A DNA stretch of 64,000 nucleotides from Alphaproteobacteria bacterium (GCA_965216625.1 OZ244186.1:1347594-1411593); one strand, 5' to 3'; positions 1-9,545 are shown, numbered from the stretch's first letter. Numbers and translations are program-made. Notes: generated by a model not told the origin, from the letters alone.

Positions 1-1079
1 CTCGGATCACCCCATAAGCTCAAGTCCGCCTTGCGCGCCTGCGCCTCGGCAGAAAGCAGAAAGTTTGCAACTACCTGCGCTCCCTCCTTCGCTCGTGCGT
101 TGTAAGGGATGGCGACAAAGTGAGCGTTGCCAATCGTGCCTTTCTTGAATACAAAGCCGCGCGAGCTGTCAGGCAGCGTGCCATCGGCAATCGAGGAGGC
201 GACATCGCCGGGGTTGAAGGTGAGCGAGAAATAAATCTCTCCGTCCGACAGCAGACGATTTTGATGCGGCCAGTTCTTCGGAAAACTGCGCCCTCCCTGC
301 CACAGCGATGGATGCAGCGCATCCAAGAAATCCCACAGAGGCTTTGTCGTCCGCTCGAAGTTAGCAGCCGTGGCAGGCTGCGCGAGCGTCTCCTTGTCCG
401 CGCCCAAATCGTAGAGGGCCTGTTTCAGAAAGGTCACTCCCACGAAATCAGGCGGCGCAGGATAGGTGAGGCGACCTTGATTTTTCTTCGCATAAGCAGC
501 CAACTGCTTGAGCGAGCGCGGTGCTTTTGCAACCCGCGCCGTATCCCTAATCAGCACCAGTTGCGCCATTCCCCATGGCGATTCGTAACCCTCGGTCGGG
601 ATCGTGAAGTCCATCGTTGTCGCGGGTTTGTTCTTCGTATCGACATATTTCCAGTTCGGAAGACGTGTCGCAAATGGACCGAACAACAGCTTCTGCTCCT
701 TCATGGTGCGGAAGTTCTCGCCGTTGATCCAAATCAGATCTATGCCGCCACCCGTGTTTTTGCCCGCGCTCTTTTCTGCCAGCACGCGCTTGACGGCATC
801 GGCGGTGCTCTCCAGCTTGAAATGCTTGAGCGTGATGCCATAACGCGCTTGCACCTGCTCGGCTGTCCAGTGCAAGTAGGCGTTGATTTTCTCCGAGCCT
901 GCCCAAGCTGCGAACCACACCGTTTGCCCTCGCGCCTTGTCCTCAGTTTTGTGAAAAGCGCCGTGATCGGCGTGCGCCTCCAACGACAGAGGAAACAAGA
1001 GCAGCATAACAGCCACACCAAACGACAAGGTCAGGCGAGACAAGGCTCGCGTCAAGAAGGGGGAGGGGGAGGAGGTCAT
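1..1079 (-). CDS. ABC transporter periplasmic substrate-binding protein (YnjB-like); C-terminus lies outside the window
   Basis: Manual reverse-complement translation from the ATG at 1077-1079 stays open to position 1. It begins MTSSPSPFLTRALSRLTLSFGVAVMLLLFPLSLEAHA (signal peptide) and contains TGGGIDLIWINGENFRTMKEQKLL. The ORF track omits it because there is no in-window stop. The + strand ORF 120..1112 is its antisense shadow. Confidence 0.55.
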   Translation of the reverse strand, partial: MTSSPSPFLTRALSRLTLSFGVAVMLLLFPLSLEAHADHGAFHKTEDKARGQTVWFAAWAGSEKINAYLHWTAEQVQARYGITLKHFKLESTADAVKRVLAEKSAGKNTGGGIDLIWINGENFRTMKEQKLLFGPFATRLPNWKYVDTKNKPATTMDFTIPTEGYESPWGMAQLVLIRDTARVAKAPRSLKQLAAYAKKNQGRLTYPAPPDFVGVTFLKQALYDLGADKETLAQPATAANFERTTKPLWDFLDALHPSLWQGGRSFPKNWPHQNRLLSDGEIYFSLTFNPGDVASSIADGTLPDSSRGFVFKKGTIGNAHFVAIPYNARAKEGAQVVANFLLSAEAQARKADLSLWGDP

Positions 1080-1145
1080 AAAAAAAAATCCTTATGGGTA
1101 AGAGAGAAATGACAACAACGATAGGATTCACAAACGAGAATCCTC

Positions 1146-1913
1146 TTAAGGTTTTAGACTTTTTAGCATAACGCGCAAGTCTTTTACAACCGCGCTGAGT
1201 CGCAAGGGGTCGGTATCCGAGACGACGATAGCATTTTGCCATGTCGGCGTTGCGATGGTCGCTCTGTTTGGTCGTTCTCCTTTCAAGCGCGGATAGCTTC
1301 CGATCTCGCTTTCGGGATGGCGTTCTTGCACGCCTTGCAGGGCTTCTGCGAACTGGCTCTCGAAGAGGTTTGTTCGCAGAGTTTCGCTGATTCGGGCGTT
1401 TCCGCCTACGATCTTACAGGCGAGCGTTTGCAGCATGGCATCGAAGACCTGCGGCACGCCCGCCAAGACATAGACATTTTGGATACGAAAACCCGGTGCG
1501 ATCGAAAGAGGATTGGCGATTGGCTCTGCGCCGCGCGGCAGACGCACCATTTTCAAGCGCGGTGCGGTCATCGATTCGCCGCGCTCTTTGAAATAGGCGT
1601 TCATCTCCTCGAAATGCTTTTCCGAGATTTCCAGCGGACAGCCGAACTCGGCGGCGATGGCTGCCGTTGTGATGTCGTCGTGCGTGGGACCGATACCGCC
1701 TGAGGTAAACAGCATATCGGCGCGCCGCGCGAGGGCTCTTGCCGCGCTACGAATCTCGCGCATTTGATCCGAGATCAGACGCGCCTCGACGATCCGAATC
1801 CCGCGCGGATTCAGAAACTTCGTCAAGACTTGCAAATTCTTTTCTTGCGTCCGTCCGACCAAGAGTTCGTTTCCGATCGCCAAATAGGCTGCTGTTGCGG
1901 CGTTTGCCACCAT
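1146..1913 (-). CDS. CinA-like competence/damage-inducible protein (molybdopterin-binding MoCF domain)
   Basis: 255 aa. The motifs LAIGNELLVG...TN and LFTSGGIGPTHDDIT are typical of the CinA N-terminal MoCF domain. Confidence 0.7.
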   Translation of the reverse strand: MVANAATAAYLAIGNELLVGRTQEKNLQVLTKFLNPRGIRIVEARLISDQMREIRSAARALARRADMLFTSGGIGPTHDDITTAAIAAEFGCPLEISEKHFEEMNAYFKERGESMTAPRLKMVRLPRGAEPIANPLSIAPGFRIQNVYVLAGVPQVFDAMLQTLACKIVGGNARISETLRTNLFESQFAEALQGVQERHPESEIGSYPRLKGERPNRATIATPTWQNAIVVSDTDPLRLSAVVKDLRVMLKSLKP

Positions 1914-1994
1914 TGCCTTTTTTCTCGTGTTTTGTGAGTTTTTCGAGATTTTCGTTACTATAGCAAAAGAAACGCCCCGTGCGTGCGGAGATGC

Positions 1995-2108
1995 TCTATG
2001 GTGTCTGCGGGGAACGGGTGCGGGCGAGGCGTTCTGCCAACCCGGTCAGGTTCGAGAGAGCGCAGCCGTAACAGAGTGCTTCGGGTCGCGCCCGTCCCTG
2101 CAGAGGGG
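1995..2108 (+). ncRNA. ffs: Probable signal recognition particle RNA (4.5S/ffs) just upstream of dnaX
   Basis: The segment CCGGTCAGGTTCGAGAGAGCGCAGCC resembles the conserved SRP RNA domain IV (CCAGGUCAGGUCCGGAAGGAAGCAGCC). The flanks ctgcggggaacgggtgcg and cgcgcccgtccctgcag can pair as a long helix. An ffs gene immediately upstream of dnaX is a common arrangement. Confidence 0.45.
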
Positions 2109-2176
2109 GTAAATTCCTCTGTAGCAAGGCAAGCACTTAAGGCAAACACTTAAGAAAAATCCTTAAGCAAGACACC

Positions 2177-3613
2177 ATGAGCGACATCAAGAACGACACG
2201 AACGACAGCAGCGACAGCACGGACGAGACGACACGACAAGTCGATCCGCCGACCCTTCTGCCTGAAGACGCGCCGAAAGACTTGGCGAAAGTCGTGGCTA
2301 CGAAGGGGGAGCGGCTTGTGCTTGCGCGCGCCTATCGTCCGAGGCGATTCGAGGATTTGATCGGACAAGAGCAGGCACGCAGAATTGTCGAGAACGCTTT
2401 ACGCAGCGATCGGTTGCATCACGCGATTCTGCTGTCGGGACCGCGTGGCACGGGCAAGACGACGATGGCGCGCCTGATCGCGCGCGCGGTGAATTGCGTT
2501 GGCAGGGGGGGTGGGGTTGATCCTTGCGGGGTGTGTTCGGCTTGCGAGGCGATGGCGAGGGGGGAGGTGATCGATGTGGTCGAGATCGACGCTGCGTCGC
2601 ACACGGGGGTTGATGGGGTGCGTGAGATTGTCGATGGGGCGGGCTATCGTCCTGTGATGATGTCGTGTCGCGTTTATATTATTGACGAGGTTCACATGTT
2701 GTCGCGCGCTGCTTTCAACGCGTTGCTGAAGACTTTGGAGGAGCCTCCGCCGCACTTGCGGTTTTTGTTTGCGACGACGGAGGTTGAGAAGGTTCCTCTG
2801 ACTGTATTGTCGCGTTGTTTGCGGTTAGAGTTGAAGCGATTAGACAGCGAGACTTTGGCAAAGCACTATACTTTTGTGAGCGAGCAGGAGGGGTGGCAGA
2901 TCGAGCGTGAGGCGGCGTTGGCGATTGCGCGTGCGGCGGAGGGATCTGTGCGCGATGGGTTATCGTTGTTGGATTGCGCGATGGTAGAGAGCGAGGGGAA
3001 GAGCATTGTGTTGGAGCGGGTTCGAGAGATGTTGTTTCTTTCGGATGGGCATGCTTTGTATGATTTGTTGGGGTCGATTGTGGATGGAGATTTATCGGTA
3101 GCGTTGGGGCATTTGGATACTTTGATGTTGAAGGGTGCTCAGGCGGAGCGATTGTTGCGCGAGATGATGGAGCGGTTGCATCGTTTATCGAGGATGAAGG
3201 TTGCGGATGGTAGCAGGGGGGTTGCGAATGCGGAGACTGATTCGTCTGTGGATATGGATGCTTTGATATTGGAGCCTAGCGATCGGGAGCGTGGGGGGAA
3301 GTTAGCGGAGGGGTTATCTTTGGCGTCGTTGTCGAGGTTGTGGCAGATTGCTTTACGGGGTTATGAGGAGTTGCGATTGGCGCCGCATCCTCGCTCGGCG
3401 TTGGATATGGTTGTTGTGCGGTTGGTGGGGGCGGCGGGCATGCCTTTACCGCAGGAGATTTTGGCGAGGTTGGCGCGGGGAGAAGAAGGAGCGCGGGGAG
3501 CTAACGAAGAGAAAAAAGAAGAAGAAAAGAAGGAAGAAAAGCAGGGTGGTGGATATGAGGAAAAGTTGCGGGAGACTTTTCCGGGGGCGACCATTGAGGA
3601 GCGTTTTGAATAA
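2177..3613 (+). CDS. dnaX: DNA polymerase III subunit gamma/tau; short, roughly gamma-length form with a charged low-complexity tail
   Basis: Walker A GPRGTGKTT, then CGVCSACEAM and VYIIDEVHML. It is 478 aa and ends in EEKKEEEKKEEKQGGG. Confidence 0.9.
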   Translation: MSDIKNDTNDSSDSTDETTRQVDPPTLLPEDAPKDLAKVVATKGERLVLARAYRPRRFEDLIGQEQARRIVENALRSDRLHHAILLSGPRGTGKTTMARLIARAVNCVGRGGGVDPCGVCSACEAMARGEVIDVVEIDAASHTGVDGVREIVDGAGYRPVMMSCRVYIIDEVHMLSRAAFNALLKTLEEPPPHLRFLFATTEVEKVPLTVLSRCLRLELKRLDSETLAKHYTFVSEQEGWQIEREAALAIARAAEGSVRDGLSLLDCAMVESEGKSIVLERVREMLFLSDGHALYDLLGSIVDGDLSVALGHLDTLMLKGAQAERLLREMMERLHRLSRMKVADGSRGVANAETDSSVDMDALILEPSDRERGGKLAEGLSLASLSRLWQIALRGYEELRLAPHPRSALDMVVVRLVGAAGMPLPQEILARLARGEEGARGANEEKKEEEKKEEKQGGGYEEKLRETFPGATIEERFE

Positions 3614-3765
3614 GAGGCTACGCATATCGCGCTACGCGCGAAATGCGTAGAAGGCGCTTACGCGCCCCGCTGACGCGGGGTCTTTTGCGGGGGGACTGCG
3701 TCCCCCCACACCCCCCATGCGCAAAACTCGCTGCGCCTACGGCTCGCTCGTCTTGCGTTTCCATC
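3614..3765. repeat. Mosaic palindromic intergenic repeat, copy 1 (REP/RIME-like)
   Basis: It contains three modules that recur elsewhere: ctacgcat...atgcgtag, ccccgctgacgcgggg and ggggggactgcgtcccccc/catgcgcaaaac. Copies lie at about 21620, 30510-31000, 31940-32500, 46575-47100 and 49655-50235. Confidence 0.8.
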
Positions 3766-3859
3766 GATACTCAAGTCCCGTTTTTGTAGCAAGGGGCAGT
3801 CCCGTACCCCCCTGCTTCCCTAAATTCACACAAAACAACCCGCAAATCAACCTCTTTAT

Positions 3860-4342
3860 TCACACCGCAGTCATGCCCTCCCCCAACTCCGCAACCCCAT
3901 GCACAACAATAATCACATGCGTCAACCCCCCCTCATCACTAGTGCTCATCTCCAAACAAGCAACACAACCCAATCCCCCCGCACGAGCCAAAATAATCCC
4001 CCGCGCACCCCCGCTCAATCGAACACAAGGCTTCCCACTCCTAAAACGAACGCTCTCAATATCACGCCAATAAACCGCCGCATTGCCAACCCCAACACCC
4101 AGCCGCCTAATCCCCGTCCCTAACGCCTTCCCAATACACTCCTTCGCAGCAAAACAACTCGCTAAATAACTAACCCCACGACACCCCATACCATCTCCAA
4201 TACCACCCCCCATGCCCCGACGACGCGCCTCCGCAACCTCGCCCTCCGCAAAAACACGCGATAAAAAACGACCGCCATAACGCTCAACTAACCGAGCAAT
4301 ACGAGCATGATCACACAAATCCGTGCCAATCCCCAAAATCAC
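3860..4342 (-). CDS. acpS: Holo-[acyl-carrier-protein] synthase
   Basis: The N-terminus MILGIGTDLCDHARIARL and the later FAAKECIGKALGTG match the AcpS 4'-phosphopantetheinyl transferase pattern. Confidence 0.75.
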   Translation of the reverse strand: MILGIGTDLCDHARIARLVERYGGRFLSRVFAEGEVAEARRRGMGGGIGDGMGCRGVSYLASCFAAKECIGKALGTGIRRLGVGVGNAAVYWRDIESVRFRSGKPCVRLSGGARGIILARAGGLGCVACLEMSTSDEGGLTHVIIVVHGVAELGEGMTAV

Positions 4343-5100
4343 AACTCAACTCCCTCTCTACTTCCCTCTCCGATTCCCTCTCTTGCCTCGCGCATCAACC
4401 CCCTCATCTTTGCGACAACCCCGCCCAAAGAATCGAACAACGCCTGACACACAAGAAAATAACCGATGTTCAACTCCTCGATCTGCTCGATCCGCGCCAC
4501 CGCCACAACATTGTCAAAGTCCAAGCCATGCCCCGCATGGCAGGCCAACCCCACCCCCTCCGCAATCCTTGCCGCCTCGCGCAACCTCTCCAGCTGCCCC
4601 GCGTCGTCGTCAGGACGCAACGCATAACTGCCCGTATGCAACTCAACCGCCTTCGCACCCGTCTGCCGCGCCGCTTTGATCTGATCCCCATCAGGCTCGA
4701 CAAACAACGAAACCTCAATCCCTACCGCACCCACCCTCTCGACAAAAGAACGCAACCCCTGCCCGCTACCCCCAACAACATCCAATCCCCCCTCCGTCGT
4801 CTGCTCCTCTCGCCGCTCCGGCACGAAACACACGGCAGCAGGACGAAGCCGCTCGGCAATCACCACCATCTCCTCGCACGCCGCCATCTCCAAATTCAAC
4901 CGCACCCCCGCCGCAAGCAACGCCTCGACATCGCCGTCTCGAATATGTCGCCGATCCTCGCGCAGATGAACCGTGATGCTGTCCGCTCCATGCGCACACA
5001 CAACCCCCGCCGCCGCAACAATATCAGGATGATCGCCGAAACGCGCGTTGCGTAAAGTCGCAACATGATCAATGTTAACCCCCAAACGAAGAGGACGCAT
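4339..5100 (-). CDS. pdxJ: Pyridoxine 5'-phosphate synthase
   Basis: LGVNIDHVATLRNARFGDHPD, HLREDRRHI and ELHTGSYA are PdxJ hallmarks. Confidence 0.9.
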   Translation of the reverse strand: MRPLRLGVNIDHVATLRNARFGDHPDIVAAAGVVCAHGADSITVHLREDRRHIRDGDVEALLAAGVRLNLEMAACEEMVVIAERLRPAAVCFVPERREEQTTEGGLDVVGGSGQGLRSFVERVGAVGIEVSLFVEPDGDQIKAARQTGAKAVELHTGSYALRPDDDAGQLERLREAARIAEGVGLACHAGHGLDFDNVVAVARIEQIEELNIGYFLVCQALFDSLGGVVAKMRGLMREAREGIGEGSREGVEL

Positions 5101-5145
5101 TAAAAGCCCCCCCCAACAACCGCAAAAATAACCGCAAAAATAACC

Positions 5146-5652
5146 TCAGCTGCTCTCCTCGTCCGCAACCTCGACATCGCCAGCCTCGCCAGCAGCCTCG
5201 CCGCCAGCAGCAACAGCCTCGACATCGCCAGCAGCCTCGCCGCCAGCCTCGTCAGTAGCCTCTGTCGCCTCGGCCGCCTCTGCTCCGAAGATAGCCTCCG
5301 CATGGATTTCAGGCAGAACCTCGGTGGAATGTCCCTCGAAAGAAACTACCCCTTCCGCAGCTAAACCCGCGCTTACCCCCTCCTCGCCCTCTTCGGCTGC
5401 CGCCTCGATCGGAGAGAATCGCCGATGGTTTCTCACGATCGAATCTTCCAAAGCATCGATATCCAAATTGCCCTGCATGATCTCCCGCAAGGCAATCACA
5501 GCGTTTTTCTCATGCTTGATCACACGATCACGCTCCACCGTAGGCTCGACACCGCTCGCCAACTCGCGCCCGCGCTGTGCGCCGCACATCACCAGCCGAA
5601 AACGATTCGCTATTAAATCAACACTGTCTTCTATCGATACACGCGCCATCAC
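5146..5652 (-). CDS. rpoZ: DNA-directed RNA polymerase subunit omega with a long acidic C-terminal tail
   Basis: MARVSIEDSVDLIANRFRLVMCGAQRGREL matches the RpoZ N-terminal consensus. The last ~60 residues are an Ala/Glu/Gly acidic repeat. Confidence 0.8.
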   Translation of the reverse strand: MMARVSIEDSVDLIANRFRLVMCGAQRGRELASGVEPTVERDRVIKHEKNAVIALREIMQGNLDIDALEDSIVRNHRRFSPIEAAAEEGEEGVSAGLAAEGVVSFEGHSTEVLPEIHAEAIFGAEAAEATEATDEAGGEAAGDVEAVAAGGEAAGEAGDVEVADEESS

Positions 5653-5662
5653 AACACCTCAC

Positions 5663-7249
5663 TCACGAAGTTTTAGTTTTAAAAGGGATACCAATGTAAA
5701 GGTCGCGCTTGCCTTGCAAGTCGGAAACCCTCAACAACACAACTTTACGCCCCGCCTTCTTCGCCTTCGCCAAGACACGTCCCGCCTCCTCGACAGAGGC
5801 AACCTTGACACCATTGATCTCGCGAATCACATTACCGCGCTGCAAACCCTTCTCGGCAGCCTCGATGCCCGCCTTCACAACAACGAGCCCCTCGACCGAG
5901 CGCGGAACCTTGTTGCGCGAGCGCACCAAAGCGGTCAAGGCAACAACCTCGACCTCGATCAAAGACAAGGATGCCGTCTTAACCTGCTTATCCGCAACAA
6001 CGCCGTTGCGAGAACCTTCGCTCTTTTTGCTCCCCCCCTTACTTCCTCCGCGCGTGCTGGCAAGCCGCTGCTCGCTCTGACGCGCCACCTTCAGCGACAA
6101 AACAAGCCGCTTGCCGTCGCGCAAAACCTCGACGGGAACTGTCTTGCCGATCGGCGTTTGGGCTACCATCCACGGCAGGCGATCGTCGCGCGTCACTTTT
6201 TTGCGATTGTAAGAAACGATCACGTCGCCGCTTTGTAAGCCTGCGCGCGCTGCGGGACTTTTAGGAGCAATGCCTGAAACGATAACTCCCGCTGGCTTAC
6301 GAGACCCCTTCCATCCCAAGCCTGCTGCGATATCTTCTGTGACGGGCTGAAAGGCTATTCCCATCCACGCGCGTTGCGCTTCGCCGTGCTGTCCGAGTTG
6401 CTCTACGATCGTGCGCGCTACTCGCGAGGGAATGGCGAATCCGATTCCGATCGATCCTCCGCTGGGCGAGACGATCGCCGTGTTGATGCCGATCACGCGC
6501 CCGGAGAGGTCAAACAGGGGCCCTCCTGAGTTGCCGCGATTGATCGGCGCGTCCGTCTGAATAAAGTCGTCGTAGGGACCTGCGCGAATATCGCGTCCGC
6601 GTGCGGAGACGATTCCTGCGGTCACGCTACCGCCAAAGCCGAGCGGGTTTCCGATCGCCATGACCCAATCTCCTACTCGCGTCCTATCCGAATCGCCCCA
6701 CGACACGGCGGGCAGGTCTTTGTGGTGCTTGACGCGCAACAGCGCTAGGTCGGTTTGAACGTCCTTGCCGACCACTTCTGCCGCCATTTTTGTTCCGTCT
6801 TGTAGCACGACAACGATGCTCTCTGCCTTGTCGATCACATGGTTGTTTGTGACGATCAGCCCTTTGGCGTCGATCACGAAGCCCGACCCTTGCGAGCGAG
6901 GACGCCTGCGTTGTTGCGGGGTGCCTTGTCCTTTTTGTCCTTGTTGCTCGCGGAATTGTCGAAAGAGTTCTTCTAGTTGCGAGCCAGGCGGTGCGCGAAA
7001 CTCGAACTGCAAACCGCTACGCCGCTTGCTTTCGCTGACGGCGTGGCGCGCCTGAATATTGACGACGGACGGAGAGAGTTTCTCGGCGAGGTCGGCGAAG
7101 GAGCTCGGACGCGCGCGCGCATCCGCTGTTGTGACAACGCCGCACGAAAGCAGGAGCAAGGAAAAAATTGCAACCGCAGGCACATTTGCCGACAGCACAC
7201 GCGAGAGGATAGACATACGAGACGAGGAAGAGACGAGGAGTCGAAACAA
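5663..7249 (-). CDS. htrA: Periplasmic serine endoprotease DegP/HtrA (Do family) with PDZ domains
   Basis: Signal peptide present. Catalytic motifs are TNNHV, DLALL and GNSGGPL, followed by PDZ-like segments. Confidence 0.9.
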   Translation of the reverse strand: MFRLLVSSSSRMSILSRVLSANVPAVAIFSLLLLSCGVVTTADARARPSSFADLAEKLSPSVVNIQARHAVSESKRRSGLQFEFRAPPGSQLEELFRQFREQQGQKGQGTPQQRRRPRSQGSGFVIDAKGLIVTNNHVIDKAESIVVVLQDGTKMAAEVVGKDVQTDLALLRVKHHKDLPAVSWGDSDRTRVGDWVMAIGNPLGFGGSVTAGIVSARGRDIRAGPYDDFIQTDAPINRGNSGGPLFDLSGRVIGINTAIVSPSGGSIGIGFAIPSRVARTIVEQLGQHGEAQRAWMGIAFQPVTEDIAAGLGWKGSRKPAGVIVSGIAPKSPAARAGLQSGDVIVSYNRKKVTRDDRLPWMVAQTPIGKTVPVEVLRDGKRLVLSLKVARQSEQRLASTRGGSKGGSKKSEGSRNGVVADKQVKTASLSLIEVEVVALTALVRSRNKVPRSVEGLVVVKAGIEAAEKGLQRGNVIREINGVKVASVEEAGRVLAKAKKAGRKVVLLRVSDLQGKRDLYIGIPFKTKTS

Positions 7250-7433
7250 GGTGAGCGTTAACTAAATTCTATGCTGTCTATAATATGGTATTTTTCTTTC
7301 CAAAAGCAAGGTCTTTGGCAAGATTTTTCGCAAGATTTTTTGTGTGAAAAAATAAATTGCGATAGAAGCAAAAAAAGACAAGAATAGCGATAGAAACAGC
7401 TTGCAAGAATGACATAGCAGGGAGGTTGTTGAG

Positions 7434-9011
7434 ATGGCACAAGAAACGGCAGAAGTTTCTACGGATGTTTCTTCGGAGCGTCGTCGTGGTGGCGGTCGAG
7501 AGGGTCGTCGTGCGCTCCGTGCGCAAGCGGCGGTTGATCGGCGTGACACGGCTGCGGCGTATATCAAGCGTGGCATGCCTGTCTACAACTACTTCAGCGA
7601 GGAGCAGATCGACCGCATTTGCGACAACGGCGCGAAGATTCTGAAGGACATCGGCTTGGAGTTTCGTGAGGATGAGGAATCGCTCGCCTTGTGGAGGCAA
7701 GCGGGAGCTAAGGTGGAGGGTGAGCGCGTTCGCTGCGACGAATCCACGCTGTTGGATATCGTCAAGAGCGTGCCTTCTCAGTTCACGCTGCATGCGCGCA
7801 ATCCGAAACGCTCGGTACAGATCGGCGGAGATGCGATGGTGTTTTTGCCTACTTATGGACCTCCGTTTGTGCGCTCGCTGAAGGAGGGACGACGCTATGC
7901 GACGATCGAGGACTTTCGCAATTTTTCAAAGTTGACCTACTTATCGCCGGCGCTGCACCACAACGGCGGCACGCTGTGCGAGCCTACCGATCTTCCCGTC
8001 AACAAGCGGCACTTGGAGATGCTCTACAGCCACGTGCGCTATTCGGACAAGGGCTTTCTCGGCTCTGTGACGGCGCCTGAGCGAGCGCAAGATTCCGTCG
8101 ACTTTGCCAAAATCATCTTCGGCGAAGAGTTCACCGACAACAACGCTGTTATCAGCGCGATCATCAATGTCAACTCGCCGCTCGTCTTCGACAACACGAT
8201 GACGGGCGCACTGAAGGTCTATGCGCGCGCGAACCAGCCTTGCATCGTCTCGCCTTTCATCTTGTCGGGAGCCATGGGACCCGTCACCGTGGCAGGCACG
8301 CTTTCGCAAATCTACGCCGAGAGTCTGCTGGGCGCAGCTCTCGTACAGCTCTACCGCAAGGGAGCGCCGCACATCATGGGAACATTTGCGACCTCGCTCT
8401 CGATGCTCTCAGGCGCGCCTTGCTTTGGGACTGCCGAATCCAGCATGGTGCAGCTCGGCTGTGGGCAGATTGCGCGCAGGTTGGGCTTTCCGTTGCGCTC
8501 TAGCGGTGCTTTGTGTGGCTCTAAAATCATGGACGCGCAGGCAGCTTACGAATCGGCGATCTCTATGCAAACGAATCTGTTTGCGGGCAACAATGTCGTC
8601 ATGCACACGGCGGGATGGCTGGAGGGAGGCTTAGTGATGGACTACGAAAAATTCGTGTTAGACGCAGACCAAGCCATGGCTTTCGTCAGGTTGGCTACTC
8701 CTCCTGATACGGACGAGAACCAACTGGCTTTCGATGCGTTGCAAGAGGTCGGACCTGGCGGACACTACTTGGGCTGCGCGCACACGCAAGCCAACTTCGA
8801 GAGCGCCTTCCACAACTCGCCCTTCGTTGACAACGAGTCCTTCGAGCGATGGAAAGCCGAGGGAGAAAAGGACATGGTTGCGCGCGCTGCGGACAAGGTC
8901 GAGCGTATGTTGAACGAGTACGAGGCGCCGCCGATCGACGAGGCACTCGATGAAAACCTGCTCGAATTCATCAAGCGGCGTAAGGAGTCTATGCCTGATT
9001 CATGGATTTAG
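7434..9011 (+). CDS. MttB-family (trimethylamine/glycine betaine) methyltransferase, non-pyrrolysine type
   Basis: 525 aa with MttB superfamily features (COG5598), including GLEFREDEE. An RBS ggagg sits upstream of the ATG at 7434. Confidence 0.8.
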   Translation: MAQETAEVSTDVSSERRRGGGREGRRALRAQAAVDRRDTAAAYIKRGMPVYNYFSEEQIDRICDNGAKILKDIGLEFREDEESLALWRQAGAKVEGERVRCDESTLLDIVKSVPSQFTLHARNPKRSVQIGGDAMVFLPTYGPPFVRSLKEGRRYATIEDFRNFSKLTYLSPALHHNGGTLCEPTDLPVNKRHLEMLYSHVRYSDKGFLGSVTAPERAQDSVDFAKIIFGEEFTDNNAVISAIINVNSPLVFDNTMTGALKVYARANQPCIVSPFILSGAMGPVTVAGTLSQIYAESLLGAALVQLYRKGAPHIMGTFATSLSMLSGAPCFGTAESSMVQLGCGQIARRLGFPLRSSGALCGSKIMDAQAAYESAISMQTNLFAGNNVVMHTAGWLEGGLVMDYEKFVLDADQAMAFVRLATPPDTDENQLAFDALQEVGPGGHYLGCAHTQANFESAFHNSPFVDNESFERWKAEGEKDMVARAADKVERMLNEYEAPPIDEALDENLLEFIKRRKESMPDSWI

Positions 9012-9026
9012 TGGGTATAGTCGGGC

Positions 9027-9512
9027 TTGCTTGCTTGTTTTGTCTTTCTGCGCGCGGAGGGTTGTAGCCAAAAAGACGAGATGGCGGATATTTCTTCTCA
9101 GAAGGATTTATGGCGACGTTTGTGTGCTTCGTTGCGCGCGTGGGTTATCGATCATTGGCGCGGAGATTTGTCGCTTATCGAGTCTTTTTGGATCAACTGT
9201 TTTTTCGTCAACTTGGGAGCGGGCATTCTGTTGCGTCGCCTTGCGCTTTCGCCTGCGGGGGTGATGGTGTTCGGCGTGTTATCGGTGGGAGTTTCTGTGT
9301 GGCAGTTGGTGGGCTTGTGGCGATCGGCGCACAAGAACAGCAGGAAGCAGCCGATTTGGTCGGCGATTGTGAAGGGAGTGTGCGTGATGAATGTCGTCGT
9401 CTTTGGGATGGTGGTGCTGGCGGCGTTGTTCGGAGGATTCGGAGAGGGAGACATCAACTTGCCCGTAGATTTACCCGCGCAGAGCATACCGAGCAGATTT
9501 CTCAAAACTTGA
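9027..9512 (+). CDS. Hypothetical small inner-membrane protein
   Basis: ORF with 3-4 predicted hydrophobic helices (GAGILLRRLALSPAGVMVFGVLSVGVSVWQLVGLW, CVMNVVVFGMVVLAALFGG). The true start is possibly the M at about 9080. No recognisable family. Confidence 0.3.
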   Translation: MLACFVFLRAEGCSQKDEMADISSQKDLWRRLCASLRAWVIDHWRGDLSLIESFWINCFFVNLGAGILLRRLALSPAGVMVFGVLSVGVSVWQLVGLWRSAHKNSRKQPIWSAIVKGVCVMNVVVFGMVVLAALFGGFGEGDINLPVDLPAQSIPSRFLKT

Positions 9513-9545
9513 CAAAAATTTGACCAAGATTTGACGAAAATTTGA
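9483..9545 (+). promoter_or_regulatory. Four tandem ~12-nt repeats (atttgacNaaNa) upstream of the OMP gene
   Basis: The sequence atttgaccaaga atttgacgaaaa atttgacgaaga atttgcgaaaac is visible directly. It contains repeated TTGAC, which is -35-like. Confidence 0.4.

Noticed and set aside
120-1112. 330-aa ORF on the + strand
   Set aside because: It is the antisense shadow of the minus-strand substrate-binding-protein gene (1..1079). It is Arg-rich with no motifs, which is typical of high-GC antisense frames.
3717-4073. ORFs located inside the mosaic repeat arrays (also 21712..21963, 30065..30673, 46409..46663, 49621..49821, 50024..50239)
   Set aside because: They begin with near-identical peptides (MRKTRCAYGSLVLR..., [18 protein letters not shown]...) because they read through repeated DNA. 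No coding periodicity was seen.
7278-7793. 171-aa ORF on the minus strand overlapping the mttB start and the htrA-mttB promoter region
   Set aside because: Low-complexity Arg/Leu composition, and it overlaps a well-supported gene and an A+T-rich intergenic region.
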